DNA from: Psychrobacter sp. HD31
GTDB taxonomy: Bacteria; Pseudomonadota; Gammaproteobacteria; Pseudomonadales; Moraxellaceae
Length of the DNA: 32,000 bases
Direction: 5' to 3'
Assembly: GCF_051097895.1 (NCBI RefSeq)
Contig: NZ_CP142525.1
Span: 1,230,001-1,262,000, forward strand
A program made the translations under genes and the position numbers. Positions 8,719-16,675 of this stretch are shown here, piece after piece. Position 1 is the stretch's first letter, and each line of letters opens with the position of its first letter. Under the pieces are notes generated by a model, which did no database searches, was not told where the DNA came from, and worked only from the letters and a program-made list of their open reading frames with translations.

Positions 8719-9080
8719 TGGTAAACCGATAAGCCGGGTTCTGTCGTGGACGATCATTCATCTAGGCATATTATTGCTAATACGCTCGAGCAACCTACCC
8801 GTATCCAACGCGGGTCACGCCGTATGGATACCTATTTGGTCTTGCTACATGTGGAGTTTACCTTGCCACGGTCTGTTACCACCCGTGCGGTGGGCTCTTA
8901 CCCCACCCTTTCACCCTTACCTAAAGCTTGAAAAATCAAGACTCAGGCGGTTTCCTCTCTGCTGCACTTGTCGTCGGATTACTCCGCCCAGCTGTTAGCT
9001 GGCACATTACCCTGCGTAGCCCGGACTTTCCTCCTATTAGCTATTTAAAAAATAGCAACAGGCGATCGTCTGGTTTACCA
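8719..9080 (-). ncRNA. rnpB: RNase P RNA (bacterial type A, M1 RNA)
   Basis: The minus strand contains the universally conserved blocks GGAGGAAAGTCCGGGCT, GGTAAGGGTGAAAGGGTG, GGTAACAG.CCGTGGCA.GGTAAACTCCAC, AGCAAG.CCAAATAGG and CCTAGATGAATGA..GTCCACGACAGAACCCGGCTTATCGG. These appear in the same order as in E. coli M1 RNA. A P1 helix forms by pairing TGGTAAACC (5') with GGTTTACCA (3'). The ends are approximate, within +/-5 nt. Confidence 0.93.
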
Positions 9081-9130
9081 AGTGGCGAATTATAACAGAG
9101 ATTTATCTAAAAAAGGGAGCTTTCAAACAT

Positions 9131-9670
<540 letters not shown>

Positions 9671-9914
9671 CTAGCAAAAAATAACCATTTATAAAATAAA
9701 AGCATACATTCTATTCATAAACTGGTAATAAAAACTTAAAGCTTGGAGATTTAGTCAAATAATTAATAAAAAGCCCAATATAAAAAATATTCTTTTTTGG
9801 AATTTATATAAATCTTTTTATTGTTAAAAATAATTTAGCACTACTGATAGCATAATCCTCAATCTAGATTACCTTATTTCAATAGATATATATTCTCCTT
9901 AGAGGTCACTAATT

Positions 9915-11039
9915 ATGAAAGCTTTTAATAGTAAGTCGAACACAACATCAACAAAAAAACTGAGTCAATTTACAGGGCTTGGTATAACAGCAATCACCCT
10001 TGGTTTGGTGGGTTGTGGTGGTTCTAACTCTGATGCTAACACAGCAGCTAAAACAGAAGTTGAGGCAACAACATCAGAAACAAACAACGCAAGCTCTGCT
10101 GAAGGCAATATTGAGTTATTAAATGTCTCTTATGACGTGGCTCGTGACTTTTATAAAGACTATAACCCCAAGTTTATTGAACATTATAAAGCTGAACATC
10201 CAGAAGCTAACATTACCATTAAACAATCACATGGTGGCTCAAGTAAGCAGGCACTGTCTGTTGCCAATGGATTACAAGCCGATGTCGCTACCATGAACCA
10301 AGGTTCTGATATTGAGTTGTTAGAAGAAAAAGGCTTGGTTGCAAACGATTGGGAACAACAGTTCCCTGACCATGCTGTGCCCTTTACCAGTACCATCGTA
10401 TTTTTAGTGCGTAAAGACAATCCTAAAGCAATTACAGGTTGGGAAGACTTAACAAAAGACGGGCTAGAAATCGTGATGGCAAACCCAAAAGTGACAGGTA
10501 ATGGACGTTATGCCTTCTTGGGTGCTTATGGTTATGGCTTGCATAAATTTAATAACGATGAAACCAAAACCAATGAACTTGTTAAAGGGATTTTGGACAA
10601 CGTTAAAGTCTATGAAAATGGTGGTCGCGCAGCAACAACAACCTTTGCTCAACGTAACATTGGCGATGTGTTAATCACTTTTGAGAATGAATCAAACTTG
10701 GCTAAAAACAAATTTGCACAGGGTCAAGTCGACATCGTTTATCCAGACTACTCGATTAAATCAGAAAGCCCAGTTGCCATTGTAAACACAGTAACCGAGA
10801 AAAAAGGCACAACCGATGCCGCCAAAGCATACCTAGATTATCTATGGAGTGAGCCTGCTCAACAGTTAGCGGCTGATTTATACCTACGACCAAGCGTACA
10901 AGCCGTGCTTGAAAAAAATGCTGATAAATTACCACCGGTAGAAACCTTCCGCCCTGCCGATGTATTTGGTACTTGGGGTGAGATTATGCCAAAGTACTTT
11001 GCTGATGGCGGTGTTTTTGATGAGCTAACTAAAAAATAA
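9915..11039 (+). CDS. sbp: Sulfate/thiosulfate-binding protein (Sbp/CysP family), predicted lipoprotein with a long Ser/Thr/Asn/Ala-rich linker
   Basis: 374-aa ORF with a lipobox LVG-C at residues ~31-34, followed by a ~35-aa low-complexity linker and then an Sbp-like core (LLNVSYDVARDFYKD...SHGGSSKQA...NPKVTGNGRYAFL). A Shine-Dalgarno AGAGG precedes the start. It is the first gene of the cys transporter operon. Confidence 0.88.
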   Translation: MKAFNSKSNTTSTKKLSQFTGLGITAITLGLVGCGGSNSDANTAAKTEVEATTSETNNASSAEGNIELLNVSYDVARDFYKDYNPKFIEHYKAEHPEANITIKQSHGGSSKQALSVANGLQADVATMNQGSDIELLEEKGLVANDWEQQFPDHAVPFTSTIVFLVRKDNPKAITGWEDLTKDGLEIVMANPKVTGNGRYAFLGAYGYGLHKFNNDETKTNELVKGILDNVKVYENGGRAATTTFAQRNIGDVLITFENESNLAKNKFAQGQVDIVYPDYSIKSESPVAIVNTVTEKKGTTDAAKAYLDYLWSEPAQQLAADLYLRPSVQAVLEKNADKLPPVETFRPADVFGTWGEIMPKYFADGGVFDELTKK

Positions 11040-11092
11040 TTGAGTCCCCACGCGCTTGTAAATGAGTAAGCGCGTGGTGAAGGACGGATAAA

Positions 11093-11929
11093 ATGAAAAC
11101 TCAAAACAAAAAACGCCGTATCTTACCTGGTTTTGGGTTAAGCCTCGGTATTAGTATATTCAGTTTATCACTTTTGGTGGTTTTGCCCTTTGCCATGATG
11201 GCATATACCACCACACAAATGGGCTTTGATAAGTTCATTACCACCATTACTCAACCTCAAGTATTCCATGCTATTAAGCTGTCGATTCAGATGGCAGGGC
11301 TTGCGATGCTCACCAATATGGTATTTGGTACTTTGGTGGCGTGGGTATTGGTTCGCTATGATTTTGTTGGTAAATCGTTGATGAACGCTTTGGTTGATTT
11401 ACCATTTGCGTTGCCCACGGCAGTCACTGGTATTTCACTTGCAACGCTCTATGCGCCTAATGGATTGATTGGACAGTGGTTTGACAAAATTGGTATTAAA
11501 GTGGCATTTACTCCCGTGGGTATCTGGCTTGCCTTGGTTGTGGTTAGTTTTCCATTTATTGTGAGAGCCGTTCAACCAGTACTTGCCGAGCTATCGGTAG
11601 AATTTGAAGAAGCAGCAGCCGTTTTGGGGGCTAGTCGTCTCCAAACATTTTTTCAGGTGGTGTTCCCTGAACTACTCCCAGCTTTATTGATGGGTGCTGG
11701 CATGATGTTTGCTCGTGCCACAGGAGAATACGGCTCAGTGATTTTTATTGCAGGGAACATACCCATGCAGTCTGAGATTTTACCATTAATTATTATTGGT
11801 AAGCTTGAAATGTTTGATGTTGCTGGGGCATCAGCCGTTGCATTATTCATGCTATTAATTTCGTTTGTGATTTTATTGTCAATCAATATTATGCAGTGGC
11901 GATTGTCTCGACGAGTCGGTGCAAAGTAA
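11093..11929 (+). CDS. cysT: Sulfate ABC transporter permease CysT (CysU)
   Basis: 278-aa polytopic ORF with the EAA-loop-like motif FEEAAAVLGASRLQTFFQVVFP. It follows sbp. Confidence 0.9.
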   Translation: MKTQNKKRRILPGFGLSLGISIFSLSLLVVLPFAMMAYTTTQMGFDKFITTITQPQVFHAIKLSIQMAGLAMLTNMVFGTLVAWVLVRYDFVGKSLMNALVDLPFALPTAVTGISLATLYAPNGLIGQWFDKIGIKVAFTPVGIWLALVVVSFPFIVRAVQPVLAELSVEFEEAAAVLGASRLQTFFQVVFPELLPALLMGAGMMFARATGEYGSVIFIAGNIPMQSEILPLIIIGKLEMFDVAGASAVALFMLLISFVILLSINIMQWRLSRRVGAK

Positions 11930-12111
11930 TTTTGCTTTGCCTGACTGTCGTGAACAAAACGGGTGACCAAAATGCATAATTTACAGAAAAATTTAAACAA
12001 ACTAAAACAAAAATAGAACCCTGTTATCTGATTGTATGTTTGGCTCCAAGATTACGGAGCTGTCTGCCAGTCTGGTTTTATTTTAAATAAAGAATAAACA
12101 AGGTATTTAAT

Positions 12112-13341
12112 ATGACATCAAACTTAGTTCCGCCACATGGCAGCGATGTTCTTAAGCCACTTTTGTTAGAGGGTCAAGCACTACAAGACGCTCAAGCAAA
12201 AGCAGCCAATTTAACCAGCATCACCATCAGCTCTCGTGAGCGTGGCGATTTAATTATGCTTGGTATTGGTGGTTTTACCCCACTAGATGGTTTTATGAAC
12301 CAAGCCGACTGGCAAGGTGTTTGTGATGAAATGACATTACAAACTGGCAATAACAAAGGGCTTTTTTGGCCTATTCCAATCACCCTTTCTGCTTCAAGTG
12401 AAGAAGCCAGTCCACTTAACATTGGTGATGAGATTGCCCTAAAAGCCGAAGATGGCGAAGTCATGGGCGTGCTAACACTGTCAGAAAAATACAGTATTGA
12501 TAAAGCGCATGAGTGCCAGAGCGTGTTTGGAACAACCGAAACAGAACATCCTGGTGTGCAAAAAGTGATGGAACAAGGCGATGTCAATTTAGCTGGCTCA
12601 GTACAGGTGTTTAGTCAGGGTGAGTTTCCTAGCGAATATGCTGGCATTTATATGACACCGGCAGAAACTCGTGCCATTTTTGAAGAAAAAGGCTGGAAAA
12701 AGGTTGCTGCGTTTCAAACTCGCAACCCAATGCACCGTTCACATGAATATTTGGCAAAAATTGCCGTTGAAATTTGTGATGGCGTGATGATTCATTCATT
12801 ATTAGGTGCCTTGAAACCTGGTGATATCCCTGCCGAAGTTCGTCAACAAGCCATTGGTACACTCATTGACAACTACTTTAAAAAAGATACGGTCATTCAA
12901 TCTGGCTATCCATTAGATATGCGTTATGCAGGACCTCGTGAAGCGTTATTACATGCGTTATTCCGTCAAAATTATGGCTGTACTGATTTGATTGTTGGTC
13001 GTGACCACGCAGGCGTTGGTGATTACTACGGTGCATTTGATGCTCAGGATATTTTTGATGAAATCCCAGATAACGCCATGAAGACCAAACCGCTAAAAAT
13101 CGATTGGACTTTTTGGTGTAATGCTTGTGGCACCATGGCATCAACCAAAACTTGCCCTCATGACGCCAAGCATCATGTCAAAGTATCTGGCACCAAGCTG
13201 CGTAAGGCGCTATCAGAGGATGAACCAGTACCAGATAACTTTAGCCGCCCAGAAGTGTTGCAAATCTTACGGGATTATTATTCAACCATCGAAAAAGCAG
13301 ACCGTGCAAAAGTTGAGCTAAAAGGTCACTCGGCACAGTAA
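12112..13341 (+). CDS. sat: Sulfate adenylyltransferase, homo-oligomeric Sat type (ATP sulfurylase)
   Basis: 409-aa ORF with the Sat signature motifs [13 protein letters not shown] and VGRDHAGVG, an N-terminal PUA-like region, and a C-terminal C-x2-C-x8-C-x-H cluster ([15 protein letters not shown]). Confidence 0.9.
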   Translation: MTSNLVPPHGSDVLKPLLLEGQALQDAQAKAANLTSITISSRERGDLIMLGIGGFTPLDGFMNQADWQGVCDEMTLQTGNNKGLFWPIPITLSASSEEASPLNIGDEIALKAEDGEVMGVLTLSEKYSIDKAHECQSVFGTTETEHPGVQKVMEQGDVNLAGSVQVFSQGEFPSEYAGIYMTPAETRAIFEEKGWKKVAAFQTRNPMHRSHEYLAKIAVEICDGVMIHSLLGALKPGDIPAEVRQQAIGTLIDNYFKKDTVIQSGYPLDMRYAGPREALLHALFRQNYGCTDLIVGRDHAGVGDYYGAFDAQDIFDEIPDNAMKTKPLKIDWTFWCNACGTMASTKTCPHDAKHHVKVSGTKLRKALSEDEPVPDNFSRPEVLQILRDYYSTIEKADRAKVELKGHSAQ

Positions 13342-13391
13342 TCGACTTTTTAAAAAAGCAAGCCTATCTAATATCGAAGGATAACAAGACA

Positions 13392-14018
13392 ATGACGACT
13401 GGACAAACAAACACCAAAGCAACCAATATTGTGTGGCATGATGCCGCTGTTTCGGCAGAAGAACGCTGGGAGCGACTATGCTCTAAACCTTGCGTACTAT
13501 GGTATACCGGCTTGTCAGGTTCTGGAAAATCTACGCTTGCCAATGCGGTTGACCGCCTGTTACATGACCAAGGCTATGCCACTTATTTATTAGATGGCGA
13601 CAACATCCGTCATGGCTTAAACAAAGACCTCGGTTTTACCGATGATGACCGCATTGAAAACATTCGTAGAATTACTGAAGTCAGCCAATTATTTAATGAT
13701 GCTGGGTTGATTGTTTCTACAGCGTTTATTTCCCCTTTTGTTTCTGACCGCCAATCAGCAAGAGAAATTGTGGGTAAAAACTTTATTGAGATATTTGTTG
13801 ATACGCCATTAGATGAATGTGAAAAACGAGACCCTAAAGGGCTTTATAAAAAAGCCCGTGCTGGTGAGATTCCAAACTTTACTGGTATTGATTCTCCCTA
13901 TGAGCCACCAGTCAACCCTGAACTCCATTTACAGACAACAGGGCTGACCATTGAGTCGGTAGCAAATCAAGTGGTTGATTACTTGGTTGCGCATGACTTC
14001 GTTCATAAAGCCAGTTAA
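13392..14018 (+). CDS. cysC: Adenylylsulfate (APS) kinase
   Basis: 208-aa ORF with the P-loop GLSGSGKST, LDGDNIRHGLNKDLGF and KGLYKKARAGEIPNFTGIDSPYE, all characteristic of CysC. Confidence 0.93.
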   Translation: MTTGQTNTKATNIVWHDAAVSAEERWERLCSKPCVLWYTGLSGSGKSTLANAVDRLLHDQGYATYLLDGDNIRHGLNKDLGFTDDDRIENIRRITEVSQLFNDAGLIVSTAFISPFVSDRQSAREIVGKNFIEIFVDTPLDECEKRDPKGLYKKARAGEIPNFTGIDSPYEPPVNPELHLQTTGLTIESVANQVVDYLVAHDFVHKAS

Positions 14019-14062
14019 TCAGTTAACCACCTCATATTCATAAACCAAAAAATAAGCCACTT

Positions 14063-14905
14063 ATGCAATCAGTTAATAACTACCCGTATCAAAATAATCC
14101 AGCCACAAAAGATAGCCCTTGGCTACGTTGGTTATTTATTGGGCTGGCAATGGCGTTTATGGGGCTCATGCTGCTGGTGCCTTTGTTTGCTGTTTTTTAT
14201 GAGGCGTTTAAAGAAGGCTGGCAATTGTATCTTGCCTCATTAATTGAGCCTGAAGCCCTTGCTGCCATTAAGTTAACCTTAATCACCGCAGCAATTGTGT
14301 TACCAATTAACATGATAATTGGTCTGGCAGTCGCATGGCTGGTCACGCGTTACAACTTTAAAGGCAAACAACTATTAACCACGATTTTGGATTTACCTTT
14401 TTCGGTATCACCAGTGGTGGCAGGTTTAATGTTTGTGCTGCTATTTGGTGCCAATTCATTGGTTGGCGGCTGGCTTGAATCTTTGGGTATGCAAGTGATA
14501 TTTGCCACGCCTGGCATTGTACTGGCGACCTTGTTTGTTACTTTTCCTTTTGTTGCCCGTGAGTTAATCCCTGTGATGCAATCACAAGGCGATAGCGAAG
14601 AACAAGCAGCACTGATTTTAGGCGCAAATGGTTGGCAAGTATTTTGGCATGTGACTCTGCCAAACATCAAATGGGCATTACTGTATGGACTGATTTTGAC
14701 CAATGCTCGTGCCATGGGAGAGTTTGGTGCCGTGAGTGTGGTGTCGGGACACATCCGTGGCGAAACCAACACCATGCCATTATTGGTAGAAATTGCCTAT
14801 AACGAATATCAATTTACCGCTGCCTTTGCATTATCGAGCCTGTTGGCGGTACTGGCATTAGTGACCTTGCTGCTACAGTATTTTATGAGTGATAAGCAAG
14901 ATTGA
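14063..14905 (+). CDS. cysW: Sulfate ABC transporter permease CysW
   Basis: 280-aa polytopic ORF, a paralogue of CysT, with an EAA-like loop EEQAALILGANGWQVFWHVTLP. Confidence 0.9.
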   Translation: MQSVNNYPYQNNPATKDSPWLRWLFIGLAMAFMGLMLLVPLFAVFYEAFKEGWQLYLASLIEPEALAAIKLTLITAAIVLPINMIIGLAVAWLVTRYNFKGKQLLTTILDLPFSVSPVVAGLMFVLLFGANSLVGGWLESLGMQVIFATPGIVLATLFVTFPFVARELIPVMQSQGDSEEQAALILGANGWQVFWHVTLPNIKWALLYGLILTNARAMGEFGAVSVVSGHIRGETNTMPLLVEIAYNEYQFTAAFALSSLLAVLALVTLLLQYFMSDKQD

Positions 14906-14982
14906 TTGTATCGCCCATTTTAAAATGACGATGAAAACAAAAAACTGGATATCCACAAAAGATTACAAATCTAGGTATTACA

Positions 14983-15702
14983 ATGAGTATAGACATTAAC
15001 CATGTACATAAGCAATTTGGCAGTTTTGTTGCCTTACAAGACATTAACCTAAGCGTACCCACAGGCAAAATGACCACATTACTGGGACCTTCAGGATGTG
15101 GAAAAACCACCTTGCTTCGTATCATTGCTGGGTTAGAGTATGCAGACAGTGGCAAAATTTTGTTTGATGGTGATGATGTGACCGATGTCCCTGTGCAGCA
15201 TCGTCATATTGGTTTTATGTTCCAACACTACGCCCTATTTCGTCATAAAACCATTGCCGAAAATATCGCGTTTGGTCTAAAAATGCTGCCTAAATCCAAA
15301 CGCCCGAGTAAAGCTGATATTCATAAAAAGGTAAGTGATTTATTAGAGTTAGTACAGCTGCCTCACTTAGCCGCATCGTATCCGCATCAATTATCTGGCG
15401 GACAACGTCAACGTATTGCATTGGCACGGGCACTGGCAGTAGAACCTAAGCTGCTGCTGCTTGATGAGCCTTTTGGCGCACTAGATGCAAAAGTACGTAA
15501 AGAGCTAAGAACATGGCTAAAAGACATCCATCATGAACTGGGTATCACCAGCATCATGGTAACCCACGACCAAGAGGAAGCAAGAGCGGTTGCGGATGAA
15601 ATTGTGGTAATGAACCATGGTGTGATTGAACAAATTGGTTCTCCTGATGAGCTGATTGCCAACCCAGCCAATGAATTTGTCGCAGACTTTTTAGATTTAT
15701 AA
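14983..15702 (+). CDS. cysA: Sulfate ABC transporter ATP-binding protein CysA, short form (ABC domain only)
   Basis: 239-aa ORF with Walker [11 protein letters not shown]-loop, signature LSGGQRQR, Walker B LLLLDEP and H-loop VTHD. It ends right after the [11 protein letters not shown] segment that normally precedes the C-terminal regulatory domain. Confidence 0.88.
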   Translation: MSIDINHVHKQFGSFVALQDINLSVPTGKMTTLLGPSGCGKTTLLRIIAGLEYADSGKILFDGDDVTDVPVQHRHIGFMFQHYALFRHKTIAENIAFGLKMLPKSKRPSKADIHKKVSDLLELVQLPHLAASYPHQLSGGQRQRIALARALAVEPKLLLLDEPFGALDAKVRKELRTWLKDIHHELGITSIMVTHDQEEARAVADEIVVMNHGVIEQIGSPDELIANPANEFVADFLDL

Positions 15703-15765
15703 AATCTTCTGCCACAAATTCATCTCGTTAACTATATCATCATCTTAGGGTAATGCTGGTTTATT

Positions 15766-15774
15766 TGTTATAAT
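15766..15774 (+). promoter_or_regulatory. Candidate extended -10 promoter element (TGtTATAAT) upstream of smpB
   Basis: TGTTATAAT lies about 110 nt upstream of the smpB ATG. There is no good -35. It is followed by a 9-bp hairpin, CTTACCATA-ATTTTT-TATGGTAAG (approx 15786-15809). Confidence 0.35.
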
Positions 15775-15882
15775 AGCCTCTCGACTTACCATAATTTTTT
15801 ATGGTAAGAATTAACTCTTAAATGAGGTTGGTTTTTACACGTTTAAATAAACGATGTAAAAATAATGAGAGGTACCCTTACC

Positions 15883-16359
15883 ATGGCTAAAAAATCAAAA
15901 AAGCCTGAAAATCAAATCTGTGCCAATAAAAAGGCACGTCATGAATACTTTATTGAAGAAACCTTTGAAGCAGGGCTTGTTTTAGAAGGCTGGGAAGTCA
16001 AGTCTATCCGTGCAGGAAAAATGAGTATTACCGAAGCCTACGTCACCTTAAAAGATGGCGAGGCATTTTTGTTTGGCGCAACCATTCAGCCACTTATTAC
16101 CAGTTCAACGCATGTCAGTCCTGACAATATCCGAACCCGTAAATTACTGTTAAACCGCCGTGAAATTGACAAACTTTTTGGTGCCGTTAATCAAAAAGGC
16201 TTTGCCTGTGTTCCTTTATCTTGCTATTGGAATAAGTCGTTAGTGAAGTGCCAAATTGCCCTGGCTAAAGGTAAAAAACTACACGATAAACGCAAAACCG
16301 CACAAGATAGAGACTGGCAACGTGATAAAGAACGTGGGTTTAAACAAGATTTAAAGTAA
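15883..16359 (+). CDS. smpB: SsrA(tmRNA)-binding protein SmpB
   Basis: [31 protein letters not shown]...[12 protein letters not shown] is a near-canonical SmpB sequence. I prefer ATG 15883 (MAKKSKK, GAGAGG upstream) over the ORF-track start at 15865. Confidence 0.92.
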   Translation: MAKKSKKPENQICANKKARHEYFIEETFEAGLVLEGWEVKSIRAGKMSITEAYVTLKDGEAFLFGATIQPLITSSTHVSPDNIRTRKLLLNRREIDKLFGAVNQKGFACVPLSCYWNKSLVKCQIALAKGKKLHDKRKTAQDRDWQRDKERGFKQDLK

Positions 16360-16437
16360 AACGCTTTAGGGTAAATAATAGATGCATACCCTAGTTTGCC
16401 AAACACTTTCTAAATATCATTAATACATGACATTGAT

Positions 16438-16477
16438 ACGCCATCTTTATTTACTTAGATGGCGTAGCCTTTTTTTA
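16438..16477 (+). terminator. Rho-independent terminator after smpB
   Basis: 9-bp stem ACGCCATCT / AGATGGCGT with a 10-nt loop, followed by AGCC and seven T. Confidence 0.75.
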
Positions 16478-16675
16478 TACCATATCAACAATCTACACTT
16501 AAAGATAGCATCATCAATGATGTCATAACTGTCATTCATCATAGACAGCCTTTAAACATTTAATCACAAAACCTATCAGCTTCCTTACTCAAAACCAACC
16601 CAATCCATGTTAAAATACCCACTAAATAACTCAACTTTATAAATTAGCCAATCTATCTACAGATGAGCCAAAATC

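Noticed and set aside
8746-8998. Plus-strand ORFs of 61 and 74 aa in a GC-rich patch
   Set aside because: The region is the RNase P RNA gene on the opposite strand, with conserved M1 RNA blocks throughout. The ORFs are incidental.
8327-9130. Searched the tRNA/rnpB neighbourhood for an integrase, a transposase or duplicated att-like tRNA fragments
   Set aside because: No coding capacity remains between the annotated RNAs, and I noticed no repeated tRNA 3' segment in the window. The island hypothesis is therefore kept only as a low-to-moderate-interest finding.
11973-12017. 14-codon mini-ORF (MHNLQKNLNKLKQK) in the cysT-sat spacer, considered as a possible leader peptide
   Set aside because: It has no Shine-Dalgarno sequence, no Cys/Met-rich codons that would suggest sulfur-sensing attenuation, and no adjacent terminator/antiterminator structure.
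10184-15155. Multiple 60-140-aa antisense ORFs within sbp, cysT, sat, cysW and cysA
   Set aside because: Each is fully nested antisense to a strongly supported conserved gene. None has a recognisable motif or ribosome-binding site.
14983-15702. Considered calling the short cysA a pseudogene
   Set aside because: All ATPase motifs are intact. The ORF ends cleanly at the domain boundary, and there is no downstream sequence space or frame that could encode the missing domain. It is more likely a natural short form.
16360-16675. Looked for a tmRNA (ssrA) gene next to smpB
   Set aside because: The spacer has no tRNA-Ala-like acceptor/T-arm and no GGGGCTGAT-type 5' end. It holds only a terminator hairpin and AT-rich promoter-like DNA upstream of ygiQ.
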